Below, piece by piece: positions 1 to 7,550 of a stretch of 64,000 nt of DNA. Position numbers and translations under genes: made by a program. This stretch comes from an uncultured Lachnospiraceae bacterium (lineage in GTDB: Bacteria > Bacillota > Clostridia > Lachnospirales > Lachnospiraceae), in contig CAJUJY010000004.1 of the NCBI GenBank assembly GCA_910586555.1, positions 12,112 to 76,111 on the forward strand, given 5' to 3'. The stretch's first letter is position 1, and every line of letters starts with the position of its first letter. The notes under the pieces are model-generated. The model had not been told where the DNA came from and searched no databases. It saw only the letters and a list, made by a program, of their open reading frames with translations.

Positions 1-105
1 AAAATGGAAACCATACTCTTCCATTGCTGCACGATACCTTTATCGTGCCTTGGATTCTGGGTTAACCAAAACTGAATTTCACTTATACAAATAGGAGGTA
101 TTATT

Positions 106-1515
106 ATGGCTACAGACGAAAAGCAGTGGCATCAAAGATTTTTAAAGTACATGGAAGGGATTGTCAATAATCCTAACTACAAAGGTTTACCTATCAAGAA
201 AAAACCAGACGGCACCTATGCATGGATAGCCACAGCTAAATCCGATATTGGTCAACAACGCATTGATTGGTGTATCGATAAAGCTCAAGAATTGGACTTT
301 GTAGTAAGACACGAAGCATATCCAGGAATGTATGCTGACGTTATGCTCGAAATCCATCCCACAAAGTGGAAAGTATGCCAGATTTGCGGCAAAGAAATGT
401 CCCTATACTATCACTACCCAAATGCTAATTTTCTTAAATCACTAAACAAAAAATTCGGTACAGATTTCTCTGACTGTGACCATATCAGTGATATTTGGGA
501 TGAACTCATCATTAACGGAATCCGCAAAGTCGATATTGCGTCATTCCTGATTGAAAAAGGTGACTTGGATTTAAATGCGCGTACCGCTGAAAAAGATGAA
601 ATTATTGAGGCATTAGAATACGCTTGCCGTAAAGGGGACAAAAAATGCCTTGGTCCAGGAGCAATGTCAAATTTTCCTGATCGATATGATGGATTCCATA
701 CATACAATCGCTGTTGCAGAGCTACTCAGGACAAAGGTCGTTCAAAAGAAAACCTTAAATCTTACACCAAAGACAGACGCGCCTATGAATATTGGAGTGA
801 CGGAAATATCCATGCGGCCAATCAATTTATGGGAAGTGCTTTCTTCGATGGCACATCTGCCGACCACATCGGTCCGATTTCTTTGGGATTTGTCCACGAC
901 CCACGTTATCTGCAACCTATGCCGGGCGGAGATAATTCCTCTAAGCGCGACCGCTTGCAAATTGTAGATATCGAAAGCATCATTGAAACAGAAAAGCGAA
1001 CAGGCATCTATCCTATGTCTTGGCAATCCAAACTAATTTGGGAATTTATACGAGCAAATTATACTATTCATCCTGAAAAGGTGCCTACTGTTTATCGTGA
1101 TGCACTCAAGCAAAATATGGCTAACTTTATGTTTATCCTATTAACCATACTTGAAACTTGTCCTGAAAATGGCGAAGATTTTCTTGTTGCTGCATTTTTG
1201 GAACCAAACTACGATTATTTCAAATATTCTTACACATTTAATGCCAAAGGGGAAATCGTAGCCAAAGCAGATAGGCACTACACTGACCGCAACCAATATG
1301 AAACCGATAGATATAAGCGAATTGCTATTGAGGCCGTTTATGATTATAGCGCAAAGGATAATCGTCACAACAAGCATGACCTTACTTCGTCTGAAATGGC
1401 TACCCTAAAATCTATCTGCGTTAGCATTGAATCCGGTAGTCCATTTGCGTCCTGCAAACAACTCGTAATCAAGCTTATGGAAACGATTCAGAAAAGAACA
1501 ATCCGCTCATTATAA
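106..1515 (+). CDS. Putative type IIS restriction endonuclease, HNH-type (Alw26I/Eco31I/Esp3I-like by context)
   Basis: 469-aa ORF with a GGAGG RBS 7 nt upstream. It is convergent with, and 45 bp from, a fused m6A+m5C methyltransferase. The stretch SADHIGPISLGF...GGDNSSKRDR (nt ~856-960) is compatible with an HNH/beta-beta-alpha-Me site. Family assignment rests on context and motif memory only. Confidence 0.55.
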   Translation: MATDEKQWHQRFLKYMEGIVNNPNYKGLPIKKKPDGTYAWIATAKSDIGQQRIDWCIDKAQELDFVVRHEAYPGMYADVMLEIHPTKWKVCQICGKEMSLYYHYPNANFLKSLNKKFGTDFSDCDHISDIWDELIINGIRKVDIASFLIEKGDLDLNARTAEKDEIIEALEYACRKGDKKCLGPGAMSNFPDRYDGFHTYNRCCRATQDKGRSKENLKSYTKDRRAYEYWSDGNIHAANQFMGSAFFDGTSADHIGPISLGFVHDPRYLQPMPGGDNSSKRDRLQIVDIESIIETEKRTGIYPMSWQSKLIWEFIRANYTIHPEKVPTVYRDALKQNMANFMFILLTILETCPENGEDFLVAAFLEPNYDYFKYSYTFNAKGEIVAKADRHYTDRNQYETDRYKRIAIEAVYDYSAKDNRHNKHDLTSSEMATLKSICVSIESGSPFASCKQLVIKLMETIQKRTIRSL

Positions 1516-1520
1516 TTGGA

Positions 1521-1558
1521 AAGAGGATGACTATCTCAACGGTAATCATCCTCTTTTT
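1521..1558. terminator. Bidirectional rho-independent terminator between the convergent R and M genes
   Basis: 10-bp perfect stem AAGAGGATGA (1521-1530) / TCATCCTCTT (1546-1555) with a 15-nt loop. TTT(T)C follows on the plus strand and TTTCC follows on the minus strand. Confidence 0.7.
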
Positions 1559-1560
1559 CA

Positions 1561-4500
1561 TCATAATAAGTCGACCAAACTCAGTTGTTCGTATTGTTCT
1601 TCGCCTTGTTCCTTTTCCGTATCTTCAGAATCTGGCGATTTTAAAGACACATATTCTTCATATGTTATATGCCCCTTGAAAAATTCAAGTATATCTGAAC
1701 TGTATCCCTCAACATATTTTGCGTTATCATCACACGGAACTGTTTCCAAATCTGCAATTGTATCCCTGGCAGTGACTTGATTGGATTCTTCCGATGTAAT
1801 CGGTTCAGGAAATAATTCCCCAGGCGTTACCTCCATATCGTTTCTTGTGCAAATAATTATGACCCTTTTTCTTTTTTGAGGAACCGCATAATCACTTGTC
1901 ATCAACGTTCTGCCTTCCGTATTATATCCGAGTTCAGTAAAAAGTGCGTGTACTTCACGGTATGTTTTTCCACCCTGGTAACTTAACAATCCTTCCACAT
2001 TCTCAAAAACAATAACTTTGGGATTTACTCTCTTAACGATATCAACAAATTCCCTGAACAGTTGATTTCTTGGGTCATCATCCGCCCTGAATCCCGCCAT
2101 CGAAAAACCTTGACAAGGTGGACCTCCACATATGATATCAGCACCACCATCTAATGCTGCCCTCTCAATAGCATCTTTTGTTTCAGCTTTTGTTATATCA
2201 CCACAAAGTACATTGATTTCTGGATTATTAATCTTTAATGTCACACACGCACTCTCTTCAATATCATTACTCAACAAAGACTGAATGCCAGCCGCCTTAA
2301 ATCCTGCTGTCATACCTCCCGCACCACAAAACAAATCTATAGACTTGGAACAACCAGTCTTTTTCTTTATTTCACGTGCTATTTGGTATGCTAATAAAGT
2401 CGGTACAGCATTTCCGACCTGTTTCAAATGCTGTGTTTTATTACCATAGAAATAATAATCATCTTTGAAAGCCTGAAATCTTGCTGCTTCCCTTACGGTC
2501 AGAACTCTCTCATGAACAGGATGTACATAGGTTCCGTTTCCCGGTCTGTTAAAGTAGGTTGTTATGGTATAACTTGGTTTGTTATAATCAATTCTACCAT
2601 ATAGAGTTGTTCTACCACCAGTTTGCGTTATTCTTTTCAGTCTCTTTGATTTTTCCACGGTTTCCATCGGAATATCTTTCCAACTTCCTCCTGGTGGCAC
2701 CGCCTTTATCATTTCTAAATCCAAGTCACTTAATTTAAAAGTGGTATGGTTCAGAATCAACCCCTGAAACAGCGACAGATATTTCGACGTTATCCCTTTA
2801 GCAACACTCGTATCGAATTTGCTAAGACCATCAATGAATCCGTCTATTTTTACTTTACCATTTAGAATACTCGCTGCCTCCTCACTCGTAATGTGAGGAA
2901 TGAGATACTTAATCGCATCAGTATACTCTTGGATACATTGCTTCTCGTCCATTCTATGTTCTCCCGTATTTGCTGTAATTCCATATGCCTGATATGTTAA
3001 TTGTTCTATTTCCTCAAGAATTGATTCATCCTGAGTGTCCAAAAACATTTTTGCAAGTGTTGATATTCGTTTCAATTCCGGAGCCTCTACCGGAATTGGG
3101 AAACAGTCAATTTCATAATTATTGACATGATTATTGCTACTGGTTAATTTGAATAACCAGTTAATTATTTTTGTATTGAATAGACCTAATAATGTATATA
3201 TATCTATTCCGTATTGATTTTCGCCCACAGATACAAAATTGCATGAATTCCCTAACACATAATTTTGAGGAGCTAATGCAAATGTTACACGCCTCTCCTT
3301 ATTCATATTTGCGATTTGTTGACAAATAATTCTATCTTGTTCAATGTAGCATTTCTTTTTCGTTGTGTTAACAAATCCTTCTGCTACATATTCATTTTCA
3401 GAGGAAGTCAGCAGAGTGTAATATCCTATATTCCTTCCGCGCACCAGCGGATAGCCTGTATCGACATTAACAATGTTATTCTTGTTGGCTGTCAAGTCAA
3501 GTTCTCCTCTTAAATTGCTCACAAAAGGAAGTTCTTTGACAACCGGAAACTGTCTTAGCTTTCTTAAAATTCGATATTCTTTTGAGGTAACCGCAACAAT
3601 TGCATTTCCGGTATTTTCATTCAAAATGTCTTTAATCGCAACCTCCGCAATGTCATTCGGGTTATTACAATAATCTTTGACAACAGCAACCTTGTCTGTT
3701 TTATGTGATTTTTGTAGAAGAATCGCACTTAAGGCCTGTTGTGCATCTATGAATCCACTTCCTTCGCCGATTACTTTCACCGAAATCATTTTATTATCCT
3801 TAAGCATATGCGTTCTCAATTTCATGCACGTCTTGTCGGACATAATCGATGCTGGAATCAGCAAACTAACAAATGCGGTTTCGCTAGCATATCGGTCGAT
3901 AATTTCTTCTACAAACAACTTGTATAGATTCAAAACACCATCTGTCGAATATTTAAAACGCTTTGCTACAATTTTAGAAATGGCAGAATATTTGTCTTTA
4001 TCTCTGTCGTATTCCTCATCACTACTGTAATGCCCGCGTTCTGCTTTCAAATTTTTATATGGTGGATTTGTTGCAACAATATCAAATCCAGCTCCAACAA
4101 TCTCCTTCGAGAAAACTTCACTGATGTTAATGTAATTCAGTTCTGCTGCAGTTACATCAACCAATAATCCTGTTCCCAAATGTTGCTCGAAGTAATCTTC
4201 TTGTAGCTCGATACCCCAAAATAATGCAGCCATTTTCTTCAAGGACTCTCTGTAACCATTAAGGGCATCTGTATTTACGTCTACGACATAAATATTATCT
4301 AACATAATCATAGCCGTTTCCTTGTCAAGCCCGGTAGCCCTAACAGCTTCAATGTATGAAAAGACAAAGTTTCCGGCACCGACACACGGCTCCAAAAAAC
4401 GGTATTCATATAATTTTTTTGTCGGATTGGCAACTTTAAGATGTTCTACTAATTCACTCATCATTACATCCGTAAGCTTCAAATCCGTATAATAACTTCC

Positions 4501-4596
4501 TGTTCTTTTTCGTGTCAAAGCATCCATTCCCGTTTCAATATGTCTGCTTTTTTCACTCAAGGAAGACCACAGTTCTGTATATTGCGTATCGCTCAT
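1561..4596 (-). CDS. Bifunctional DNA methyltransferase: N-terminal gamma-class N6-adenine MTase fused to a C-terminal circularly permuted C5-cytosine MTase
   Basis: 1011 aa with a GGAG RBS. The N-terminal part has FLEPCVGAGNF (motif I) and ATNPPY (motif IV). The C-terminal part has IDLFCGAGG (I), GGPPCQGFSMAG (IV), FENV (VI) and QKRKR (VIII). TVREAARFQAF (IX) and GNAVP (X) lie upstream of motif I. Confidence 0.9.
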   Translation of the reverse strand: MSDTQYTELWSSLSEKSRHIETGMDALTRKRTGSYYTDLKLTDVMMSELVEHLKVANPTKKLYEYRFLEPCVGAGNFVFSYIEAVRATGLDKETAMIMLDNIYVVDVNTDALNGYRESLKKMAALFWGIELQEDYFEQHLGTGLLVDVTAAELNYINISEVFSKEIVGAGFDIVATNPPYKNLKAERGHYSSDEEYDRDKDKYSAISKIVAKRFKYSTDGVLNLYKLFVEEIIDRYASETAFVSLLIPASIMSDKTCMKLRTHMLKDNKMISVKVIGEGSGFIDAQQALSAILLQKSHKTDKVAVVKDYCNNPNDIAEVAIKDILNENTGNAIVAVTSKEYRILRKLRQFPVVKELPFVSNLRGELDLTANKNNIVNVDTGYPLVRGRNIGYYTLLTSSENEYVAEGFVNTTKKKCYIEQDRIICQQIANMNKERRVTFALAPQNYVLGNSCNFVSVGENQYGIDIYTLLGLFNTKIINWLFKLTSSNNHVNNYEIDCFPIPVEAPELKRISTLAKMFLDTQDESILEEIEQLTYQAYGITANTGEHRMDEKQCIQEYTDAIKYLIPHITSEEAASILNGKVKIDGFIDGLSKFDTSVAKGITSKYLSLFQGLILNHTTFKLSDLDLEMIKAVPPGGSWKDIPMETVEKSKRLKRITQTGGRTTLYGRIDYNKPSYTITTYFNRPGNGTYVHPVHERVLTVREAARFQAFKDDYYFYGNKTQHLKQVGNAVPTLLAYQIAREIKKKTGCSKSIDLFCGAGGMTAGFKAAGIQSLLSNDIEESACVTLKINNPEINVLCGDITKAETKDAIERAALDGGADIICGGPPCQGFSMAGFRADDDPRNQLFREFVDIVKRVNPKVIVFENVEGLLSYQGGKTYREVHALFTELGYNTEGRTLMTSDYAVPQKRKRVIIICTRNDMEVTPGELFPEPITSEESNQVTARDTIADLETVPCDDNAKYVEGYSSDILEFFKGHITYEEYVSLKSPDSEDTEKEQGEEQYEQLSLVDLL

Positions 4597-4607
4597 ACTA
4601 ATCTCCT

Positions 4608-5072
4608 TTATTCCTTGCAGATTTGCTCACTTGTAATGTTCGAAAAATCATGAACAATTTTCTCTCCACAAGGGATTATATTCTTCTCTAAATAAGAAAG
4701 TAATGGTGTTTCATCAATGAAATAATACATTTGTGGCACAACGAACCCAGGCAAATCAATGCGCAACTGTTCTAATGATATCTTGTTTGTATCCTGAAAG
4801 TCAGTTATTTCCATTGCATATTTATGATGCTGCAAATAACTCATAATTCGCTCTACTGCTTTTTCATCGTAGGAATATTTTATTTTCCATTCTTCAATCG
4901 CCGTTTTATTATTCAAGTGCATAATTCCAACCACAGCTTTGACAGGAGTGCTTACATACAAATATGCCTTTATCGGTTCGTCTGGAAACACTTTTCTATG
5001 TTCATATATTTTTTCTCCGGTGATGACCTTTTGATAAACATCGGCTTTAAAACTCAATAGCATTGTTCTCAT
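4608..5072 (-). CDS. ASCH (PUA-like) domain protein
   Basis: 154 aa. LSFKADVYQKVITGEKIYEHRK fits the ASCH N-terminal signature. The stop codon is 11 nt before the MTase ATG on the same strand, and there is a GGAAGAGG RBS. Confidence 0.7.
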   Translation of the reverse strand: MRTMLLSFKADVYQKVITGEKIYEHRKVFPDEPIKAYLYVSTPVKAVVGIMHLNNKTAIEEWKIKYSYDEKAVERIMSYLQHHKYAMEITDFQDTNKISLEQLRIDLPGFVVPQMYYFIDETPLLSYLEKNIIPCGEKIVHDFSNITSEQICKE

Positions 5073-5090
5073 ATAGCTACCTCTTCCAAA

Positions 5091-5285
5091 TCAATCTATT
5101 GCACTTTTCCCGCTTTTAACCCATGCATCCAATTCTGATTTTTTAAACTTCCACAGCTTTCCTATTTTATGAGCAGGAATTCCATTATCTTTACGAATCC
5201 AGTTTCTGATAGTATCTTTATTTACACTCAAGTAATCTGCTGCTTCTTCAAGATTAATCCATTTATCATTATTCTCAATACTCAT
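5091..5285 (-). CDS. Excisionase-family / MerR-like helix-turn-helix DNA-binding protein
   Basis: 64 aa. WINLEEAADYLSVNKDTIRNWIRK...IGKLWKFKKSELDAWV matches the HTH_17/Xis pattern. It has a GGAG RBS and is the first gene of the HTH-ASCH-MTase string. Confidence 0.8.
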   Translation of the reverse strand: MSIENNDKWINLEEAADYLSVNKDTIRNWIRKDNGIPAHKIGKLWKFKKSELDAWVKSGKSAID

Positions 5286-5326
5286 ATCAAATCTCCTCTA
5301 TATACTCAGGGGTTGCATTCCATAAA

Positions 5327-5355
5327 ATTATACCATATCTTTATGTCTTTTTCAA
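5327..5355 (-). promoter_or_regulatory. Sigma-A type promoter for the HTH-ASCH-MTase operon
   Basis: On the minus strand: TTGAAA (5350-5355), a 17-nt spacer, then TATAAT (5327-5332), about 40 nt upstream of the HTH start codon. Confidence 0.6.
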
Positions 5356-5360
5356 GGCGT

Positions 5361-5400
5361 TAATATGAATTGATATGAATTGATATGAATTGATATGAAT
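5361..5400. repeat. Four tandem 10-bp direct repeats (TGATATGAAT; the first copy is TAATATGAAT)
   Basis: Read directly: taatatgaat tgatatgaat tgatatgaat tgatatgaat. Exact 10-bp periodicity, ending 5 nt from the -35 box of the promoter above. Confidence 0.95.
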
Positions 5401-5450
5401 TCAAAAACCGATATAATCACTTTATCCACTCAAACCTACACAAAATCATC

Positions 5451-5492
5451 TTGTCAACTCAACACTGCCCATTTTCAACCTGTCAACTCAAC
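5451..5492. repeat. Two direct copies of TGTCAACTCAAC spaced 29 bp apart
   Basis: tTGTCAACTCAAC at 5451-5463 and cTGTCAACTCAAC at 5480-5492, in the non-coding stretch between the cassette and the rlmD terminator. Confidence 0.8.
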
Positions 5493-5527
5493 CCTCGTTT
5501 TCTCCAAAGCAGCACCCCTGCAAAATG

Positions 5528-5567
5528 AAAAAATCCGAGAGCCGGAAGAACACCTCCAACTCTCGGA
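5528..5567 (-). terminator. Rho-independent terminator of rlmD
   Basis: On the minus strand: TCCGAGAG ... CTCTCGGA (8-bp stem, plus-strand 5534-5541 / 5560-5567) followed by TTTTTTCATTTT, about 30 nt after the rlmD stop. Confidence 0.75.
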
Positions 5568-5597
5568 AATCCTTTATTTTCAAGCCTTTTTCGGTAT

Positions 5598-7268
5598 TCA
5601 GTTCTGTACTTTTGACAGCAATACTACGCACTCGACGTGCCCTGTATGCGGAAACATATCCACACAACACACTCTTTCCACCTTATACCCATATTTCTGT
5701 AATTCTGCAATATCTCTTACAAGACTTGTTGGTTTACAGGAAATGTAAACCATTTCTGGTACTTTAATCTCCTCTCCTATTTTTCTCAATGCCTTAGGGT
5801 TTACGCCTTCTCTTGGCGGATCTAGTATTATAAAACCAGGTTTTTCGTTAATGTTTTCTAAGACTTTTAGTACATCTCCTGCTATAAATTTACAGTTAAA
5901 GAGCTTGTTTTCTGCTGCATTTTGTTTTGCTGCTTCTACTGCTTCTTCTACAATTTCAACTCCTGTCACTTTTTTAGCTATTGGTGCTATTATCTGTGCT
6001 ATTGTGCCAGTGCCGCTATATAAGTCAAAAACCACTTTATCCTTAAGGCATATTCTGGCTTTATTTTCAAAACCAGGTGTTTCCAGGCAGTTTCCAGATA
6101 CTTGCAGGGGTTTATTTTCTGGTTTATCTTCTGTATTCTTATTAGTACCTGGTTCTGTATTTTTTTTTGTATTTATGCCACTATTATATGTTTTATCCTT
6201 TTTTATATCTTTATTTATGTCTTTGATAATATTTTCTTCTATATGCAGTGGCTGTCCTGATATGTAATTTCTTACACATGTATATAGTACTTCTGCGCCT
6301 TTTGTATTTGTCTGGAAGAATGAAAAGACAGAAATCCGGAATTTTAAACCAAGTATTTCTTCCGCAATCCAGTCTTTTCCAAAGATAATATGTGTTTCAT
6401 CACTTTTTACTACATCTCCCAGTCCGTCATTTATAATATGCAAAAATCCTGTAATCCTGCCTTCGAGTTCCAGCTCCTTAAGTTTTATGCCAAGCTTGTC
6501 AAGACAAAGAAAAGCAAGCCCGTTCCCATCTGGCAGGTGTTTGCTAATTTCCTGCTCCAGTGCTGTTCCAGGTGTTTCTTGCACAGATGCTGTTACAAGT
6601 GCTACCAGTATTTCACCCGTTGATGATGAACGGCGTATAAGCAGGTGGCGCAATATGCCAGTATGTGTATTTTTATTGTAATGTGGTATATTTTTATTAA
6701 GAAAATATTCTTGTATGCAGTCTAAAATTTTTGAATAATCATTATTAACTATTTTACAGCCTGACGCATTTATTATATCATGTATGCTTCCCTTTTTATG
6801 AAGCCCAAGTGAAAGCGGGCCGCCTTTATATTCATCACCAAATGAAAATTCCATTTTATTTCTGTAAGCCCAGGCACAAGGGCTTTTTAATATCCCGTCA
6901 AATATATAAGAACCTTCTTCTAGCACGCTGCCAAGCAGTTTGAGTACATGGTTTTTCTTTAATTCAAGCTGTGCCTGGTATGGAAGTGTCTGTAAATTGC
7001 AACCGCCACATTCCCCAAAGTTTGCACATGCAGGCTTTTCTGTTTCAGATTGTGCCCTTTTAATAACTTCAAGCAGACGTCCGCTATATTTTCCGGAACG
7101 TGCCTTTTTAACAATATATTTTACTGTCTGTCCAGGCAGCACACCCTTTACCTCAACATAGTATTTATTTCTAATGCCATTTTTATCTGTTTCTTCTGTT
7201 AAAATTATTGCCTTATCTGGAAAACTTGTTTCTATTGCAGTCCCCTCATATATTTGTCCCTTTTTCAT
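5598..7268 (-). CDS. rlmD: 23S rRNA (uracil-5-)-methyltransferase, RumA/RlmD (TrmA) family
   Basis: It has a TRAM-like N-terminus, the Fe-S cysteine cluster CANFGECGGCNLQ, SAM motif DLYSGTGT and catalytic ISCKP. The start was moved from the track start (7331) to MKKGQIYEG at 7268. An N/K-rich insert of ~60-70 aa precedes the SAM motif. Confidence 0.85.
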   Translation of the reverse strand: MKKGQIYEGTAIETSFPDKAIILTEETDKNGIRNKYYVEVKGVLPGQTVKYIVKKARSGKYSGRLLEVIKRAQSETEKPACANFGECGGCNLQTLPYQAQLELKKNHVLKLLGSVLEEGSYIFDGILKSPCAWAYRNKMEFSFGDEYKGGPLSLGLHKKGSIHDIINASGCKIVNNDYSKILDCIQEYFLNKNIPHYNKNTHTGILRHLLIRRSSSTGEILVALVTASVQETPGTALEQEISKHLPDGNGLAFLCLDKLGIKLKELELEGRITGFLHIINDGLGDVVKSDETHIIFGKDWIAEEILGLKFRISVFSFFQTNTKGAEVLYTCVRNYISGQPLHIEENIIKDINKDIKKDKTYNSGINTKKNTEPGTNKNTEDKPENKPLQVSGNCLETPGFENKARICLKDKVVFDLYSGTGTIAQIIAPIAKKVTGVEIVEEAVEAAKQNAAENKLFNCKFIAGDVLKVLENINEKPGFIILDPPREGVNPKALRKIGEEIKVPEMVYISCKPTSLVRDIAELQKYGYKVERVCCVDMFPHTGHVECVVLLSKVQN

Positions 7269-7402
7269 AAACTTTACCAGGCACAAAACCCCGTTTCCTT
7301 TATATAGCAGTTTAAGGGTAAAAAGTGCCATATTCCTTTCCTAATTAACAAACTTTATACCATGGTTTAAATTGTCAAATATATATCCACAGTCCACAAA
7401 AC

Positions 7403-7432
7403 AACCCCACCGCTTTTAAAGGCTTAAGAAGC
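7403..7432 (-). repeat. Deleted fragment (copy F) of the multi-hairpin intergenic repeat family
   Basis: The reverse complement GCTTCTTAAGC..GCGGTGGGGTTGTTTTGTGG matches modules CGCTTCTTAAGCGGTGGG and GGTTGTTTTG of copies A-D. Confidence 0.6.
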
Positions 7433-7448
7433 ATATATTTAAGTATCT

Positions 7449-7540
7449 GGTTTAATTAATTGTTACAACATTACCAAGTACTTTAAATTTGTAAGCAAGT
7501 TTAGTATATGGCCAATTAATTATTACAACATTTCAAATTT
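7449..7540. repeat. Two degenerate duplicates of the last ~50 nt of pheA, lying downstream of the gene
   Basis: 7449-7500 (ggtttaattaattgttacaacattaccaagtactttaaatttgtaagcaagt) is ~88% identical to 7548-7599, which is the genuine pheA 3' end plus stop. 7510-7540 is a shorter third copy. Confidence 0.85.
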
Positions 7541-7550
7541 AATATTTGGT

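Larger units (their letters stand above)
1..5520. other. Restriction-modification cassette / probable genomic islet. The left boundary lies outside the window; the right boundary falls between ~5400 and the rlmD terminator at ~5528.
   Basis: Four accessory genes (REase, fused MTase, ASCH, Xis-like HTH) abut the intact terminator of a core gene. By eye the sequence differs from the rest of the window, with more CG-containing words and fewer CCTGG/CTGGCA words. No recombinase is present in the visible part. Confidence 0.5.

Noticed and set aside
5361-5400. Tandem repeats as a possible CRISPR array
   Set aside because: The units are 10 bp and directly abutting with no spacers, and there are no cas genes. 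No CRISPR array occurs anywhere in the window.
5395-5767. 117-aa and 80-aa plus-strand ORFs spanning the island junction and the rlmD 3' end
   Set aside because: They run through a terminator hairpin and the antisense of rlmD. There is no RBS and the composition is not protein-like.
7269-7331. N-terminal extensions of many track ORFs (e.g. rlmD, pheA, argG, rpsU, pncB, trxB, spoIVA, DUF1385, SPFH)
   Set aside because: In each case an internal ATG with a GGAGG-type RBS coincides with the conserved N-terminus of the family. The longer form overlaps the upstream gene or lacks an RBS. Starts were moved accordingly.
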